From: Hadesarchaea archaeon | GTDB taxonomy: Archaea; Hadarchaeota; Hadarchaeia; Hadarchaeales; Hadarchaeaceae | Direction of reading: 5' to 3' | Assembly (NCBI GenBank): GCA_030619825.1 | Contig: JAUXAS010000012.1 | Span: forward strand, 1 to 15,805 | Length of the DNA: 15,805 bases | Shown here: positions 15,250-15,805 of the stretch, one piece after another | Layout of the letters: every line of letters starts with the position of its first letter | Numbering within the stretch: the stretch's first letter is position 1 | Position numbers and translations under genes: made by a program | Notes under the pieces: generated by a model | Database searches by the model: none | Told to the model about the DNA's origin: nothing | Seen by the model: only the letters and a program-made list of their open reading frames with translations

Positions 15250-15805
15250 CTAATCACCCCTCCTCAACACATGCACGACCGCGGTGCCTCCCGAACCCCC
15301 AACGTTGTGCGTTAGCCCGACCTCCGCCCCATCGGATTGACGCTTACCGGCCTCGCCTCGAAGTTGTTGTACGATTTCCACGGCCTGCGCGATGCCGGTG
15401 GCGCCCACGGGGTGGCCCTTGCCCTTGAGCCCGCCGCTGGTGTTCACGGGGATTCGCCCGCCTATTGCGGTTTCGCCTTGTTCGGTCATCTTGCCCCCCT
15501 CGCCCTTCTTGCAGAAGCCTAGGTCCTCGATCGCCATGATCTCCGCGATTGTGAAGCAGTCGTGAACTTTCACGAGGTCGATGTCATCCGGCTTGACGCC
15601 AGCTCTCTTGTACGCCGTCCGCGCGGCTTCGATGGTCGCCCGCAGGCTTGTGAGCGAGGAGCGGCCGTGGAGTGCGATGGTGTCGCTCGCCTGCCCGGTG
15701 CCGGCGACCATGATTGGGGTATCGGTGAACTTCCGCGCCTTCTCCGCTGGGGCGAGGATCACGCAGGCGGCGCCGTCGATGATCGGGGAGCAATCGAGCA
15801 ATTTT
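15250..15805 (-). CDS. Acetyl-CoA acetyltransferase (archaeal SCP2-type thiolase), C-terminal part; 5' end outside the window
   Basis: Motifs [59 protein letters not shown]. The frame is still open at the right edge. Confidence 0.95.
   Translation of the reverse strand, partial: KLLDCSPIIDGAACVILAPAEKARKFTDTPIMVAGTGQASDTIALHGRSSLTSLRATIEAARTAYKRAGVKPDDIDLVKVHDCFTIAEIMAIEDLGFCKKGEGGKMTEQGETAIGGRIPVNTSGGLKGKGHPVGATGIAQAVEIVQQLRGEAGKRQSDGAEVGLTHNVGGSGGTAVVHVLRRGD

Noticed and set aside
1793..15793. Many short alternative-frame and antisense ORFs inside atp, secDF, trmI, DUF35 and thiolase genes
   Set aside because: They are fully nested in well-supported genes and are expected in GC-rich coding DNA; the translations are R/S/P-rich with no motifs.
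1..15805. CRISPR arrays, tRNA/rRNA genes, transposases, integrases or terminal inverted repeats
   Set aside because: Intergenic gaps are all under about 140 bp, with no repeat-spacer periodicity, cloverleaf or T-loop motif, or mobile-element ORF.

Overview
Gene-dense archaeal (euryarchaeal-type) chromosomal window centred on membrane functions. It holds all nine subunits of an A1Ao (A/V-type) ATP synthase, but in a non-canonical layout. The catalytic genes atpA-atpB are on the minus strand, back-to-back with a plus-strand atpH-I-K-E-C-F-D-DUF61-orf99 operon. A ~100 bp AT-rich spacer with a perfect 13-bp direct repeat separates the two units. The rotor subunit K is a four-helix V-type c subunit with one intact Na+-type site. 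Downstream of atpB, and absent from the supplied ORF track because it runs off the left edge, is a lower-GC B12-binding/radical SAM gene (CGRGCQFC) that resembles the GDGT ring synthase (Grs) family. The right side has secF-secD (minus), trmI (plus) and the 3' part of a thiolase-DUF35 pair typical of the archaeal mevalonate-entry cluster. I found no rRNA, tRNA, CRISPR array or mobile element. Most genes are housekeeping; the points of interest are the gene arrangement, the Grs-like neighbour, an unknown 3-TM operon member and several regulatory sequence signals. Family assignments come from motif recognition and recall only; no database searches were run.
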